From: Pseudomonadota bacterium
GTDB taxonomy: Bacteria; Chloroflexota; UBA6077; JAJPGT01
Direction: 5' to 3'
NCBI GenBank assembly: GCA_021325655.1
Contig: JAJPGT010000020.1
Coordinates: 1,590 to 65,589 of the forward strand
Length of the DNA: 64,000 nucleotides
In this document: positions 30,311-41,731 of the stretch, piece by piece
Numbering within the stretch: position 1 is the stretch's first letter
Layout of the letters: the number at the start of each line of letters is the position of its first letter
Made by a program: the position numbers and the translations under genes
Notes under the pieces: model-generated
Database searches by the model: none
What the model saw: the letters and a program-made list of their open reading frames with translations, nothing else
Told to the model about the DNA's origin: nothing

Positions 30311-31996
30311 CTACTTCTTGACCGGGATCGGGAAGCAGATCCTCAGGAATGCCAGCCACCAGAAGATGAAGTTGAACGCGATCAGGAAGATGAACAGCAC
30401 GATGAACGCAACCATGGTGATGATCTGGATCGAGAAGGAGCAGATCATCCCGAGCTGCCACTCTGCCCCGGCGCTCAGCCCGCCGCCATCCAGCATCCCC
30501 TTGTTCACTCGGTCCATCAGGCTGCGCAGGTCCGGCGGTGTCTCCATCGCCACCCCGCGCTTGAACTTCCGCAGGTCCTTGATGCTGGGCAGCTCGATCC
30601 GCACCTTGCGGGCGGGAGCATCCGGGTCGAGCGCCTTGGCGAAGACGAACGGGGCGCTCGGCTCGCTCAAGACTGGCTGGCAGGGCGGGTGCTCGTACAC
30701 CAGCCGGATGACGTAGGTGTCCGCGTTCGGATCGTCGGCCGGCGGGTCCGCTTTGATCAGCCCCTGCAGCTCGTCGGGCACCTGGACCGCCGTGGCGCCT
30801 TCCTGGATCGCGTCGCGGATCAGGTGGTAGAGCGTGTCGCCGATCTGGCTGGCGGCCAGGAACGGGGCGCTGCTGGCGTTGGTGTTGCTCGGCCGGCCGA
30901 GGGAGATGCGCGCTGGCGAGGCGGCCGGGTCCGTGCGGAACGCCTCCCGGACGTCGAAGCTGCCCGGATCCGGGTTCACTCCGACCGCCAACGGCTCGCC
31001 GCGCACCAGCGGTGCGTAGGGCTGGAGCTGCGCCAGGGCCGCGGCCAGGCTCAGGCTGTCGTTGTTGACCCGCACGTCGCGCAGCGCCGCCAGCAGCGCC
31101 GTCTTGCCTGTGCCCTGCACCGTGCCGGTGGCGCTCAGCGCGGCCTGGTAGACATCGGGCAGGGTGCGCTGGAGGTAGTCGCCGAGGTCCAGCAGCAGGA
31201 ACAGCGATGCCTGCTGGAGCTGGTCCGCGGTGAGGTTCCTGTCCGCGGAGCCGGCGGGGTAGGCGCTGCCGGTGATCGGGTCGATGTACAGTGCCCGCCA
31301 GGGGCGGAGCACCCGTGCCTCCAGCTCGCTCAGCCGGGGGTCAGGCTCACCGGTCAGGCCAGAGCCGGCGGGCGGCGGGGGCACACTGGCGAGAGTGGCG
31401 ACGGGGTCAGCCACCGGGGTCAGATACTGCTCGCGGCTGGCGACCGAGACGTAGCCGTAGTAGATCGCCCGGCACTCGGGCCGGGCGAGCGCTGCCTGGG
31501 CCGCGGGCAGCAGCGGCGGCGAGATGCAGACGCTGGCCGAGTGCAGCGGGAAGCGCTCCTCGCCATCCAGCAGTGCGTCCGCGGACGCCGCCTGCCAGCC
31601 TCGATTCGCCCCGTCCTCCACCCAGCCCTCTTCATTGGCGCTCCTGCCGCGCCGGCGCCGCAGCACGAACGAGGTGCTCTCGCCGTCCTGTCGGGCGACG
31701 CGTCGGTCGGGAAAGCCGAGCTGGCGGCAGACCAGCGAGCCGGTGACCAGGTAGTAGCGGGCGTGCAGCGGCTGGAACAGCTTGTAGGCGCCGCCCACCG
31801 TCGCCGCCGGCGCCTTCTGGCCCAGGTCGGCCGGGGTCTGGCCGGGGAGCTTGCCGCCCACCAGGTCCAGGAAGTCGGGCAGGAAGCGGTCGCCTTCCAG
31901 CTCGACCAGCCAGGGCTGGTCGAAGGCGAGCGTGGTGTCGGGCCAGAGCGCGGCCGGCTTGGCCCAGCGGATGGCGGGCGCGTGTCCGTTTCTCAC
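30311..31996 (-). CDS. Hypothetical eCIS protein with a long C-terminal hydrophobic (transmembrane-like) segment
   Basis: GTG 31996 overlaps the gpV stop; ends MICSFSIQIITMVAFIVLFIFLIAFNFIFWWLAFLRICFPIPVKK. Confidence 0.75.
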   Translation of the reverse strand: MRNGHAPAIRWAKPAALWPDTTLAFDQPWLVELEGDRFLPDFLDLVGGKLPGQTPADLGQKAPAATVGGAYKLFQPLHARYYLVTGSLVCRQLGFPDRRVARQDGESTSFVLRRRRGRSANEEGWVEDGANRGWQAASADALLDGEERFPLHSASVCISPPLLPAAQAALARPECRAIYYGYVSVASREQYLTPVADPVATLASVPPPPAGSGLTGEPDPRLSELEARVLRPWRALYIDPITGSAYPAGSADRNLTADQLQQASLFLLLDLGDYLQRTLPDVYQAALSATGTVQGTGKTALLAALRDVRVNNDSLSLAAALAQLQPYAPLVRGEPLAVGVNPDPGSFDVREAFRTDPAASPARISLGRPSNTNASSAPFLAASQIGDTLYHLIRDAIQEGATAVQVPDELQGLIKADPPADDPNADTYVIRLVYEHPPCQPVLSEPSAPFVFAKALDPDAPARKVRIELPSIKDLRKFKRGVAMETPPDLRSLMDRVNKGMLDGGGLSAGAEWQLGMICSFSIQIITMVAFIVLFIFLIAFNFIFWWLAFLRICFPIPVKK

Positions 31997-32700
31997 CAGA
32001 CGTTCCCCACCCCCGGCGTGTAGCTGGCGCTCACCACCGAGTTGGTGATCAGCGTGCTGCACTGCACTACGCCACTGAAGCTGGACATCGCCGCGTCGAC
32101 CGTCACCATCCCGGCGCTGATCTGGGCGGTGGCCGCCTGGACCTTCACCTGGGCACTGGCGGTGACGGTAATCCCCTGCGCCTCTAGCTTGACGCTGTTG
32201 CCGCTGGCGTCCTGGGCGACGATCGAGGGCGGGGTGTCGCTCAGCACGATCGACTGGCCGCCGGGCGTCTCTAGCCGCAGCTTCACCGCGCCGTCGGTGT
32301 CGTCCAGAGTGACGCGGACGCCAGCGCGGGAGAGGATCGTCTTGAGGGAGTTCCTGCCGGCGTCGTCCATCTGCTCCGGCGGGGCGTCCTGGCCGTTCCA
32401 GAGCGCCCCGATGACGTAGGGGCGGCGCGGGTTGCCCCCTTCGAAGGCGACGAGCACCTCGTCGTTCACGTCCGGGACGAACCAGGTGCCCCGATTGTTG
32501 CCGGCCATCAGCGTGGCGATCCGAGCCCAGGTCTCGTAGCTGCCCCCGCCCGGGTCGGGCGACCAGGGCAGCTTCACCTTCACCCGCCCCTGGTTGTCCG
32601 GATCGACCAGATCGCTGACGACCGCCGGGTACACCCCGTAGAACAGGCCGCCCGGCCCGGTCGCCGCACGCTCCAGGTCCAGTTCACCGAGCGTCAGCAT
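31993..32700 (-). CDS. Baseplate assembly protein V / spike (gp5 OB-fold; C-terminal half of split VgrG)
   Basis: YGVYPAVV, DPDNQGRVKVKLPW, WARIA, FVPDVNDEVLVAFEGGNPRRPYVIGALWN. Confidence 0.92.
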   Translation of the reverse strand: MLTLGELDLERAATGPGGLFYGVYPAVVSDLVDPDNQGRVKVKLPWSPDPGGGSYETWARIATLMAGNNRGTWFVPDVNDEVLVAFEGGNPRRPYVIGALWNGQDAPPEQMDDAGRNSLKTILSRAGVRVTLDDTDGAVKLRLETPGGQSIVLSDTPPSIVAQDASGNSVKLEAQGITVTASAQVKVQAATAQISAGMVTVDAAMSSFSGVVQCSTLITNSVVSASYTPGVGNVW

Positions 32701-32709
32701 CGCTCCCCC

Positions 32710-33789
32710 TCAGCTCCGCGGCCGGCCCAGGCCGGGCCGCTCAACCTCGATCTCCGTGCGGTAGCCGTTGGTCTCGTCATAGCTGTGACGCACCCGGGCG
32801 ATGTAGTAGCGGCCGTTGAACAGGTCGCCCAGGCCGGACAGGCTCACCGTCGTCCCGACCCGCAGGCGCGGGTCGCCATCCGCCAGACCGGTCCCGGTGA
32901 CGAAGCGGCGCGCCCGCTCGCGGTAGCGCGCCTGCGCCAGGCTGCGCGCCTCCTCGCTCGTCAGCGGGATGGTGTGGACAACCCGTTCCTTGCGCGCCGC
33001 GAACGCCTGCTCCAGGATGCTCGTTCCGCCGACGTCGCCGTTCAGTTCAGCGCCGATCGCGCTGGAGTCCCCAGTCTCCTCGATCGCCTCCTTGGCCGCC
33101 ACGTCCCAGCCGCTCACCCCGACCTCGCTGCACTGGTGCGCCAGATCGGCGCGGACGCGGAAGGCGATCAGCCCGGCTCCGTAGCGCAGCTCCACCGTCT
33201 CGCCGTCGCGCTCTGGCCGCGCCTTTGCGTATAGGGTCGTTCCATCCAGCCACAGCTCGGCGTTGGCCGCCCGGGCGCGCTCGCGCAGGAAGGCCAGGTC
33301 GCTCTGGTTCACCTGGGCCAGCACCTTGTACGTCGGGCCGCTCACCGAGAGCTGAGGTGTCAGGCTGTGCTCGGAGGCGATCTGGTTCATTACGTCCTCG
33401 TCCGAGACGTCCTCGAAGCTACGGGTACGTCGCGTCATTCGCAGGTCCTGCAGCCGGTCCTCAGCCAGCGCGACGATGCGCGCCCCGCCGTCTGGCGGAT
33501 ACTCCGCCTCCAGCGCGCTGATCCGCCCGGAGAACACCGTCCGCGCCCGATCGCCGGCGCCGAGCTCGACCGCCAGCGTCTTGCCAAACTCGAGCTGGTT
33601 GCGGCGGAAGTACAGGTAGTCGCTCCCGCCGGACCCCAGACCGTAGTTGTTGAAGGCGACCTCGCAGTGGAACAGCCCCTCGGTCGTCTCCTCCACCAGC
33701 AGCGACACCACGTCGGCGCTGAGGCCGTCGCTCGGCTGGCCGTCGATCGAGATCCGTGGCTGCGAGACGTAGGCGCTCGGGACAGGCAT
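32710..33789 (-). CDS. Phage late control D / VgrG hub (gp27-like; Afp8 N-part)
   Basis: FSGRISALE, AEDRLQDLR, QVNQSDLAFLRERA, GWDV, GLGDLFNGRYYI, GYRTEIE. Confidence 0.9.
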   Translation of the reverse strand: MPVPSAYVSQPRISIDGQPSDGLSADVVSLLVEETTEGLFHCEVAFNNYGLGSGGSDYLYFRRNQLEFGKTLAVELGAGDRARTVFSGRISALEAEYPPDGGARIVALAEDRLQDLRMTRRTRSFEDVSDEDVMNQIASEHSLTPQLSVSGPTYKVLAQVNQSDLAFLRERARAANAELWLDGTTLYAKARPERDGETVELRYGAGLIAFRVRADLAHQCSEVGVSGWDVAAKEAIEETGDSSAIGAELNGDVGGTSILEQAFAARKERVVHTIPLTSEEARSLAQARYRERARRFVTGTGLADGDPRLRVGTTVSLSGLGDLFNGRYYIARVRHSYDETNGYRTEIEVERPGLGRPRS

Positions 33790-33806
33790 CGGCGACGCTC
33801 CTCCGG

Positions 33807-33986
33807 TCAGTCCGCCCGCAGGCGGGCGTGGCGCGCTTCGAGGTGCCACAGCAGCCGCAGCAGGTCATCCGGGCGGGGCGGCGCGGGTGGTGCGACCTCC
33901 GCGGGTGGGCGCGTCTCCTGGCCGCCAGCGCTGGTCTCGGCCTGGCGATTCACCAGGACCTCGAAGTCATTGATGATGATTGGCAT
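33807..33986 (-). CDS. Small 59-aa eCIS protein (Afp6-position), missed by the ORF track
   Basis: AAAGGAG RBS, then MPIIINDFEVLVNRQAETSAGGQETRPPAEVAPPAPPRPDDLLRLLWHLEARHARLRAD*; fills the gap between the LysM and gpD genes. Confidence 0.75.
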   Translation of the reverse strand: MPIIINDFEVLVNRQAETSAGGQETRPPAEVAPPAPPRPDDLLRLLWHLEARHARLRAD

Positions 33987-34022
33987 GTCGCTCCTTTCGT
34001 GCTCCGGGCCAGTGGAGCCCGC

Positions 34023-34805
34023 TTAGCCCAGCGACGCCGACGCGGAGGCCGAGGCCCGAGCGTTCAGGTCGATCACCGCGCCGGCGTCCAGCAGCCGCGG
34101 GTTGTCGATCCCGTTGGCGGCCGCCACTGCCTTCCAGGAGGCGCCGATGCCGGCCCGGGCGGCCAGACTCTGGAGCGAGTCGCCGGCCTGGGCCAGTGTG
34201 AGCGGGGTGGTGCCGACCGCGGCACCCACGCTCACCCCGGCGGACAGCCCGGCGCTCAGGCCGATGCCGGCCGACAGCCCAGCGCTGAACCCGAGGCCCG
34301 CGCTCGCCCCGGCCCCGCCGAGTCCGCCGCCGTCGCTCTCCGGCGCGGGCGGCTCGACCTGGGCCATGGTGAAGGTCACCGTGGAGCGCAGCGGCTTGCC
34401 GTCGGCGGAGAACAGGTCGATCGTCTCATCCATGGATTGCACCGTGCCGAGGAAGACGAAGGTGCCCCAGTGAAAGCGGACCCAGGGCACGTCCGGGTTG
34501 CCATTCTTGTCCTTCTTGGGCGGGGTGATCATCTCGACGATCTGGTAGGTGGTGTTGCGCACGTCCTCGCCGGTGGTGCTGGTGTCGAACAGCAGCTCCA
34601 TTGCCAGGGTGGAGGTCGAGCCGGTGCGCTGGAGCGTCTGGCCCTGCTGTGCGGCCGCGTCGCCGCTCGTCTGCGTTCCCACCGCGCCCAGCGTCTGGTA
34701 GTGCAGCCGCAGCGTCTGCGGGTTGAAGTGCACCACCAGCGACGCCCCTTCGGCCCGCGTCGTCTTGTCGATCACGGTCAGCGTCGCCCGCCCCTCGTCT
34801 GCCAT
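34023..34805 (-). CDS. CIS tube initiator / LysM protein (Afp7-like)
   Basis: VHFNPQTL, LAMELLFDT, PWVRFHWGTFVFLGTV, FSADGKPLRS; C-terminal GDSLQSLA..WKAVAAANGIDNPRLL. Confidence 0.88.
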   Translation of the reverse strand: MADEGRATLTVIDKTTRAEGASLVVHFNPQTLRLHYQTLGAVGTQTSGDAAAQQGQTLQRTGSTSTLAMELLFDTSTTGEDVRNTTYQIVEMITPPKKDKNGNPDVPWVRFHWGTFVFLGTVQSMDETIDLFSADGKPLRSTVTFTMAQVEPPAPESDGGGLGGAGASAGLGFSAGLSAGIGLSAGLSAGVSVGAAVGTTPLTLAQAGDSLQSLAARAGIGASWKAVAAANGIDNPRLLDAGAVIDLNARASASASASLG

Positions 34806-34814
34806 CGTCCACTC

Positions 34815-35447
34815 CTACCCCAGGCTCAGTCCGGCGCTCCCGCTCGCGCTGGCGCCCAGGCTGCCGCTGAGCCCGAAGCCGCCGCTGACGCTCGCCCCGG
34901 CGCTCACGCCTGCACTGACGCTCAGCCCGGCGCTGATCCCGATTCCAAAGCCAGCCCCGGCCTGGCCGGCCGGGCGGACGTCGAGCTGGGCGTAGGCGAG
35001 CTGCAGCTCTTCGATCGCCACCAGCCCCTCCCTGGCGTTCAGCGACGGGCCGCGCAGCTTCACTGGGAAGCAGTCCTTCAGCACAAAGGTGAGGCGCGGG
35101 GTGCCGTCGGCGTCCCACATCGTCACCTGCCCCTGGGCGGTGGCGAGCCGGCCGGGGGTGGCGGCAGCGACGAACCAGCTCCACAGGTCCAGGTTGGCGG
35201 TCATCCCGCGCTTCAGCGAGAGCTGGCTGTAGCTGGCCGGCCCGACCCGGTGGATCTGCTCACGGTTGTTGCCGCCTTCGCGCACCGTTTTCGGCTCGAT
35301 GGTCATCTCCAGCCCATCGCACTCGGCGAAGGCAGCGTTGCAGACGGGGTTCGTCACCCCCTCGGGCGGATCGTCCAGATCCAGGACCACCTCGAAGCGG
35401 AAGGTGGTGAACGGGGGATCGACCGTTTCGAACGCGGGATTGGGCAC
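34815..35447 (-). CDS. Tail tube protein 2 (T4 gp19-like; Afp5-like) with a Gly/Ala/Ser-rich C-terminal tail
   Basis: FAECDGLE, VREGGNN, LSLKRGMT, FPVKLRGPSLNA, AIEELQLAY. Confidence 0.9.
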   Translation of the reverse strand: MPNPAFETVDPPFTTFRFEVVLDLDDPPEGVTNPVCNAAFAECDGLEMTIEPKTVREGGNNREQIHRVGPASYSQLSLKRGMTANLDLWSWFVAAATPGRLATAQGQVTMWDADGTPRLTFVLKDCFPVKLRGPSLNAREGLVAIEELQLAYAQLDVRPAGQAGAGFGIGISAGLSVSAGVSAGASVSGGFGLSGSLGASASGSAGLSLG

Positions 35448-35450
35448 GGC

Positions 35451-38168
35451 TCACCTCTCCACGACGCTCAGCAGGCCCTCGCCGGCCCGCAGCAGAATCA
35501 CGGTGATGAACTCGATCGGCAGCGTTGGGGCGACCTTGAGCGCGATCAGGAACCGGCCATTGTCGACGTCGTTCGGGGTGTTTAGCCCGTCGTCGGCCAC
35601 GACCTGGAAGGCGGCCAGCGCCCCACGCCCGGCAAGCGCCCGCAGCGTGTTCTCGAAGCTCGCCTGCACCCGCTGCCGAAAGCGCTCGTTGTTGGGTTCG
35701 AAGACGTAGCGGAGGCCCCGGCGCAGCGCCAGCTTGCGCAGGAAGATCAGCAGCCGCCGCGCGGAGACCTGGACGAGCTGCAGGTCCGGGCTGAGCGTGT
35801 GGGCGCTGAGCGGGCTGAAGCGCCCCGGCTCCTGGCGGAGCAGGTTCACCCGAGCGTCAAACAGCGCCGCCCGCTCGCCCTCGGGCACTGACGGGATCAG
35901 CCCGACCACGCCGCGCAGGGCGACATTCGCCGGGGCCACCCAGGCGCCGCGGGCTAGCTCGCGGGCGGCGATCAGGCCGCAGACCGCCCCATCCGGCGGG
36001 CTGGGGCGGAGTGGCGCCAGCTCGGGCGTCAGCGGCTCCGGGCCGAGCGGCCAGGGATAGTACAGCGCGGCGTAGCTCAGTGCGGCATCGTCCAGGAAGC
36101 TGCCGGCTCCGGCCAGCCGCTGCCGCCAATCGAGCACCGCCCGGGTGTCGAAATGAGCCGGCAGGCTCAACACCGCCAGCGTGTCCGCCCGGGCGGCGCA
36201 GAGCCGCACCAGCGCCCGCTGCGTGGCGAGGAGCTGCTCCAGTTCGGCGCGACCATAGCGGGCCGGCTCGACCAGCACCGGCAGCGCCGCGAACTGGTGC
36301 TGGATGTCCGCCTCCTCGTCCGGCTCGGCCTCGGGCGCCGGGAGCAGCGCCACTGGCCCGCTGCAGTGCGCCTCGGTGGGGAGCCAGCGCGGCAGCGCGG
36401 CCGGTGGCTGCGGTGGAATGCAGTCCATGAAGCAGGACCAATCACGCGACGGGGCGGGCGGGGCCGGCGGCTCGGGCTCCGGTGCGAGCGGCTCCGGCGG
36501 TCCCCAGGGGCGGTGAACGACGTCCGGGAGCGCGATCAGCGCCACCTCCTCCACGGGCGCCAGACTGTGCAGCTTGAGCAACGGCGAAGGCGGATTGCTC
36601 AGGTACAGCAGCTCCTCGGCCGCGCCGAGCACGGTGCTGGTGCCGAGATCGGCCAGACGCGGATCGAGGAACAGGCTGACCGGGTCGAAGCTGTCCAGCC
36701 CGTCGCTGCCGGGCACCCGGGGCGGATCGGGCCGCGTCTCGCCGAGCGGGAGCGGCCCACTGAACTGGTCCGGGCTCGGCAGCGCGGACATCCCGAGCGG
36801 GAGATAGAGCGGCAGCGCGCCCGCTGGCGTCACCTGGAAAGGCGCGCCCAGTCGCGCCGAGCGCGGCAACTTTGCCGCGTCCGTGCCCAATGCCAGCTCG
36901 CCAGGGTCGCTGCCCAGGCAGTCGATCCAGGAGCGGCCGGCGGCGCTGCTGCCCGCCCCGACGGACAGGCCGGACATCTCGGCAGCGGAGCCGGCTGCGG
37001 GTGCCGCGCAGAAGCGCAGGTCGGACCACACCTCCAGCGTATCGACCCCCTCGCAAACGAACAGGTCGAACCGCAGCCGGTCCGCCTCGACCGGGTCGCC
37101 CATGGGATCGGCAGCCGCCTCCCAGAGCGGCGACTGTCCGGTGACGCGCCGGGTGAAGCTATCGAGCGGCGAGCCAGGCAGCCAGGCCTCCAGCGGGGAG
37201 CCCGGCGTCGACTGCTGCGCGACTTCGGCAACGGGCAGTAGCAGCGTCCGGGCGGCGAAGAGCGGCGAGCCGACCTCCTCGCAGGTAATCCGCAGCAGGT
37301 CACCAACGCGCACCGGGGCGCCGGCCGGCAGGTCGAGCGCCAGGCGTCCGCCCGCCACCGGCTCCAGCCCGGAGAGCGGGGCACCGAGCGGCTCCCAGCC
37401 GCCCGTTCCGAGCCGCTCGACCTCGAGCGGGAGCGGGAGCGGGTCCGGCAGCCCGGCCTCCAACGCCAGCGTCGCCCCCGCCGCGACCGCGCTCACGGGC
37501 AGTCCCTGCACGGTGCTCGCCGCCAGCCCCCGCGCCCGCACCTGCGCCACCGGGAACAGGAGCAGCGGACGCGCCGGGCCCGGGAAGCGCAGCCGGAGCA
37601 GGTCGCCGGGGAGGAGCGCATCAGCGCTGGATAGGTCCAGGTCGATCTCGGCCGGCGCTCCCTCCACCACGTCGGCGGGGCGGTAGGCGTCCGGTCCGGG
37701 GGCGATGCGGATCGGCAGCGCTTCGAGCTGGGTTCCGACGCGCACTGCCGCGGACCAGCGCCCGACAGAGGCCGCGGGGACAATGGTTGGACGCAGCTCC
37801 AGCGGCCCGGCGGCCGGGTCCCAGGCGACCAAGCCGGGGAGGCGGAACTGGTTGGCGCCAGCGGTCTCGCCCGCCACCCGCACCATGTAGCAGCGGCGGC
37901 CGCCGTTGTCAAAGAACGCCTGCACCGCGGCCGGCAGGTTGGCATACACCGGACGGCCGCCGTCGCGGGCGAGCAGCAGGTCTCCGCCGAAGACGGCGCG
38001 ATACTGGCCCGGGTCCTCCACCGCCACCGGTGTGTCGAGCGGACCGCGCTCGGCGAAGCCGACGAACGCCGCCACGTCGAGCCGCAGCGGCTCCTCGGCA
38101 GGCGGGAGCGCGGTCTCACAGACCACACCCGGCAGTCGGCCCCGGAACGTCAGCGGGGAAAGCACCAC
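35451..38168 (-). CDS. Tail sheath protein 2 (large, insertion-rich)
   Basis: LPGVVCE, DVAAFVGFAERGP, AVQAFFDNGGRRCYMVRV; C-terminal YAALYYPW, APANVAL, RRLL, VFEPN, IEFITV. Confidence 0.9.
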   Translation of the reverse strand: MVLSPLTFRGRLPGVVCETALPPAEEPLRLDVAAFVGFAERGPLDTPVAVEDPGQYRAVFGGDLLLARDGGRPVYANLPAAVQAFFDNGGRRCYMVRVAGETAGANQFRLPGLVAWDPAAGPLELRPTIVPAASVGRWSAAVRVGTQLEALPIRIAPGPDAYRPADVVEGAPAEIDLDLSSADALLPGDLLRLRFPGPARPLLLFPVAQVRARGLAASTVQGLPVSAVAAGATLALEAGLPDPLPLPLEVERLGTGGWEPLGAPLSGLEPVAGGRLALDLPAGAPVRVGDLLRITCEEVGSPLFAARTLLLPVAEVAQQSTPGSPLEAWLPGSPLDSFTRRVTGQSPLWEAAADPMGDPVEADRLRFDLFVCEGVDTLEVWSDLRFCAAPAAGSAAEMSGLSVGAGSSAAGRSWIDCLGSDPGELALGTDAAKLPRSARLGAPFQVTPAGALPLYLPLGMSALPSPDQFSGPLPLGETRPDPPRVPGSDGLDSFDPVSLFLDPRLADLGTSTVLGAAEELLYLSNPPSPLLKLHSLAPVEEVALIALPDVVHRPWGPPEPLAPEPEPPAPPAPSRDWSCFMDCIPPQPPAALPRWLPTEAHCSGPVALLPAPEAEPDEEADIQHQFAALPVLVEPARYGRAELEQLLATQRALVRLCAARADTLAVLSLPAHFDTRAVLDWRQRLAGAGSFLDDAALSYAALYYPWPLGPEPLTPELAPLRPSPPDGAVCGLIAARELARGAWVAPANVALRGVVGLIPSVPEGERAALFDARVNLLRQEPGRFSPLSAHTLSPDLQLVQVSARRLLIFLRKLALRRGLRYVFEPNNERFRQRVQASFENTLRALAGRGALAAFQVVADDGLNTPNDVDNGRFLIALKVAPTLPIEFITVILLRAGEGLLSVVER

Positions 38169-38178
38169 CCGGCGGCTC

Positions 38179-38634
38179 CTACTCGATGGTCAGGTCTTCG
38201 CAGACCAGCACCAGCTCCTCGATCGCGACGTCGGTGCCGCCCTTGGCGTTGAGCGAGGGGCCGGTCCACTTGGTCGGGCGGGCGTTGGTGAGCCGCCAGG
38301 TCATCACCGTGTTCTGCCCGGCCTCGTCGCGGAGCTGGATCGTGACGCTGCGTCGGGCCGACTGGTCACCCTCGCGCACCGCCTTGATCCACTCGTACAG
38401 GTCGGTCGCCCCGATCAGCCCGCGCTTCAGGGTGATGTCGCCGACCTTGTAGATGCCGTTGATCTTGCGGACGTGGTTGACCGCCTCGTTGCCGTTGCGG
38501 TACTCGGCGGTGGTCACTTCCATGTTCAGCCCGCTCACCTCCTGGAAACCGGCCCGGACGCTGGCGGTGTCGCCGGTGCCCAGGTCCACCAGGAAGTTGA
38601 AGCTGCCGTAGGGGTTGGCGCGTTCCGTCGCCAT
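38179..38634 (-). CDS. Tail tube protein 1 (T4 gp19-like; Afp1-like)
   Basis: NPYGSFNFLV, AGFQEVSGL, EYRNGNE, ITLKRGLIG, PTKWTGPSLNAKG, VAIEELVL. Confidence 0.95.
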   Translation of the reverse strand: MATERANPYGSFNFLVDLGTGDTASVRAGFQEVSGLNMEVTTAEYRNGNEAVNHVRKINGIYKVGDITLKRGLIGATDLYEWIKAVREGDQSARRSVTIQLRDEAGQNTVMTWRLTNARPTKWTGPSLNAKGGTDVAIEELVLVCEDLTIE

Positions 38635-38659
38635 CGCGGCTCCTCCATCCTTCGAGCGC

Positions 38660-40714
<2,055 letters not shown>

Positions 40715-40789
40715 CTGGCTGCCTCCCGTTTCGTTCGTCGGCTCGCGCGAGCGCTCTCCCAGCCCGGCGGCGCGTGCTCCCTGTGCTGC

Positions 40790-41731
40790 CTACGCGGCGT
40801 CGATCAGCAGCTCCGATCGCTGGTCGGTCGCTACCACCAGCTCCCGACCGAGCCGAAGCGGGCGGACGACCGAGCTACCTGGCTGGGTGGGCGTGTCGTA
40901 CACCCGGGCACTCCTTTGCTCCAGGATGGAGCGGACGTCTGGTGGGTCGCGCGGATCGAGACCCGGCACCCGTCGCTGGTGCGCCGGCTCGTAGAACACC
41001 TGGACACTGATGGGCCAGGTAAGCTGGTCGAACGGCAGCGCCCCATGCGGCGGCGAGCCCGCCAGGGGCGGCAGAGTGGCGGCGTAGGGTAGGAACAGCG
41101 CGAACATCCCGCGCGCGTCCGCCAGCGCGGCGTAGGTCACGCCGTCGGTGCTGGCCGTCACCAGCGCCCAGCCGGCCGCTGCCCCGGCCTGTCCGGACGG
41201 ATCCCGCTCGGCGACCTGGCCGCGCACCGCCGCCAGCCCGGAGGGTACCGGCCGGGCCGGACTGGAGAACAGCGGAACCTCCAGGAGCTGCTCGCGCGGA
41301 AGACAGAGCAGCAGCACCTGGGGCAGGAAGCGCCCGGCCTGGTCCTCCACCCGCACGACAAAGTTGGCCGCGGGCGTCAGCGCCTCCGCGCCAACCAGCC
41401 GCCGCAGCGTCCCCAGCTCCAGCAGCTCCTCGGGCGTCGGCTCGAAGCCCTCGAACGGCGAGCCGCCGCCGCACCAGGCACTCGCCTCCCGCTCCCCGCG
41501 CACGTAGGGCTCCAGCCCCGGCAGGGTCCGGAAGCCGTAGATGCCCGAGACCGGCGAGCGGAGCGCCAGCATGGGTCGACCGACGCCGACAACCTCGCCA
41601 ACCACGATCTCGAGCGGCCGCGCTGTGACGACCAGGCCGTCGGTCACCGGGACGCCGCGGCTCAGGTCAATAAAGCGCACTCCCAGCGGGGCGCGGAGCA
41701 GGATCGACTCCAGCGGGACGACCCGCAGCAT
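40790..41731 (-). CDS. eCIS-associated hypothetical protein (beta-sandwich/carboxypeptidase-regulatory-like)
   Basis: ATG 41731 overlaps the Pvc16 stop; PLGVRFID, SGIYGF, LFSSPARP, ADARGMFALFLPY. Confidence 0.65.
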   Translation of the reverse strand: MLRVVPLESILLRAPLGVRFIDLSRGVPVTDGLVVTARPLEIVVGEVVGVGRPMLALRSPVSGIYGFRTLPGLEPYVRGEREASAWCGGGSPFEGFEPTPEELLELGTLRRLVGAEALTPAANFVVRVEDQAGRFLPQVLLLCLPREQLLEVPLFSSPARPVPSGLAAVRGQVAERDPSGQAGAAAGWALVTASTDGVTYAALADARGMFALFLPYAATLPPLAGSPPHGALPFDQLTWPISVQVFYEPAHQRRVPGLDPRDPPDVRSILEQRSARVYDTPTQPGSSVVRPLRLGRELVVATDQRSELLIDAA

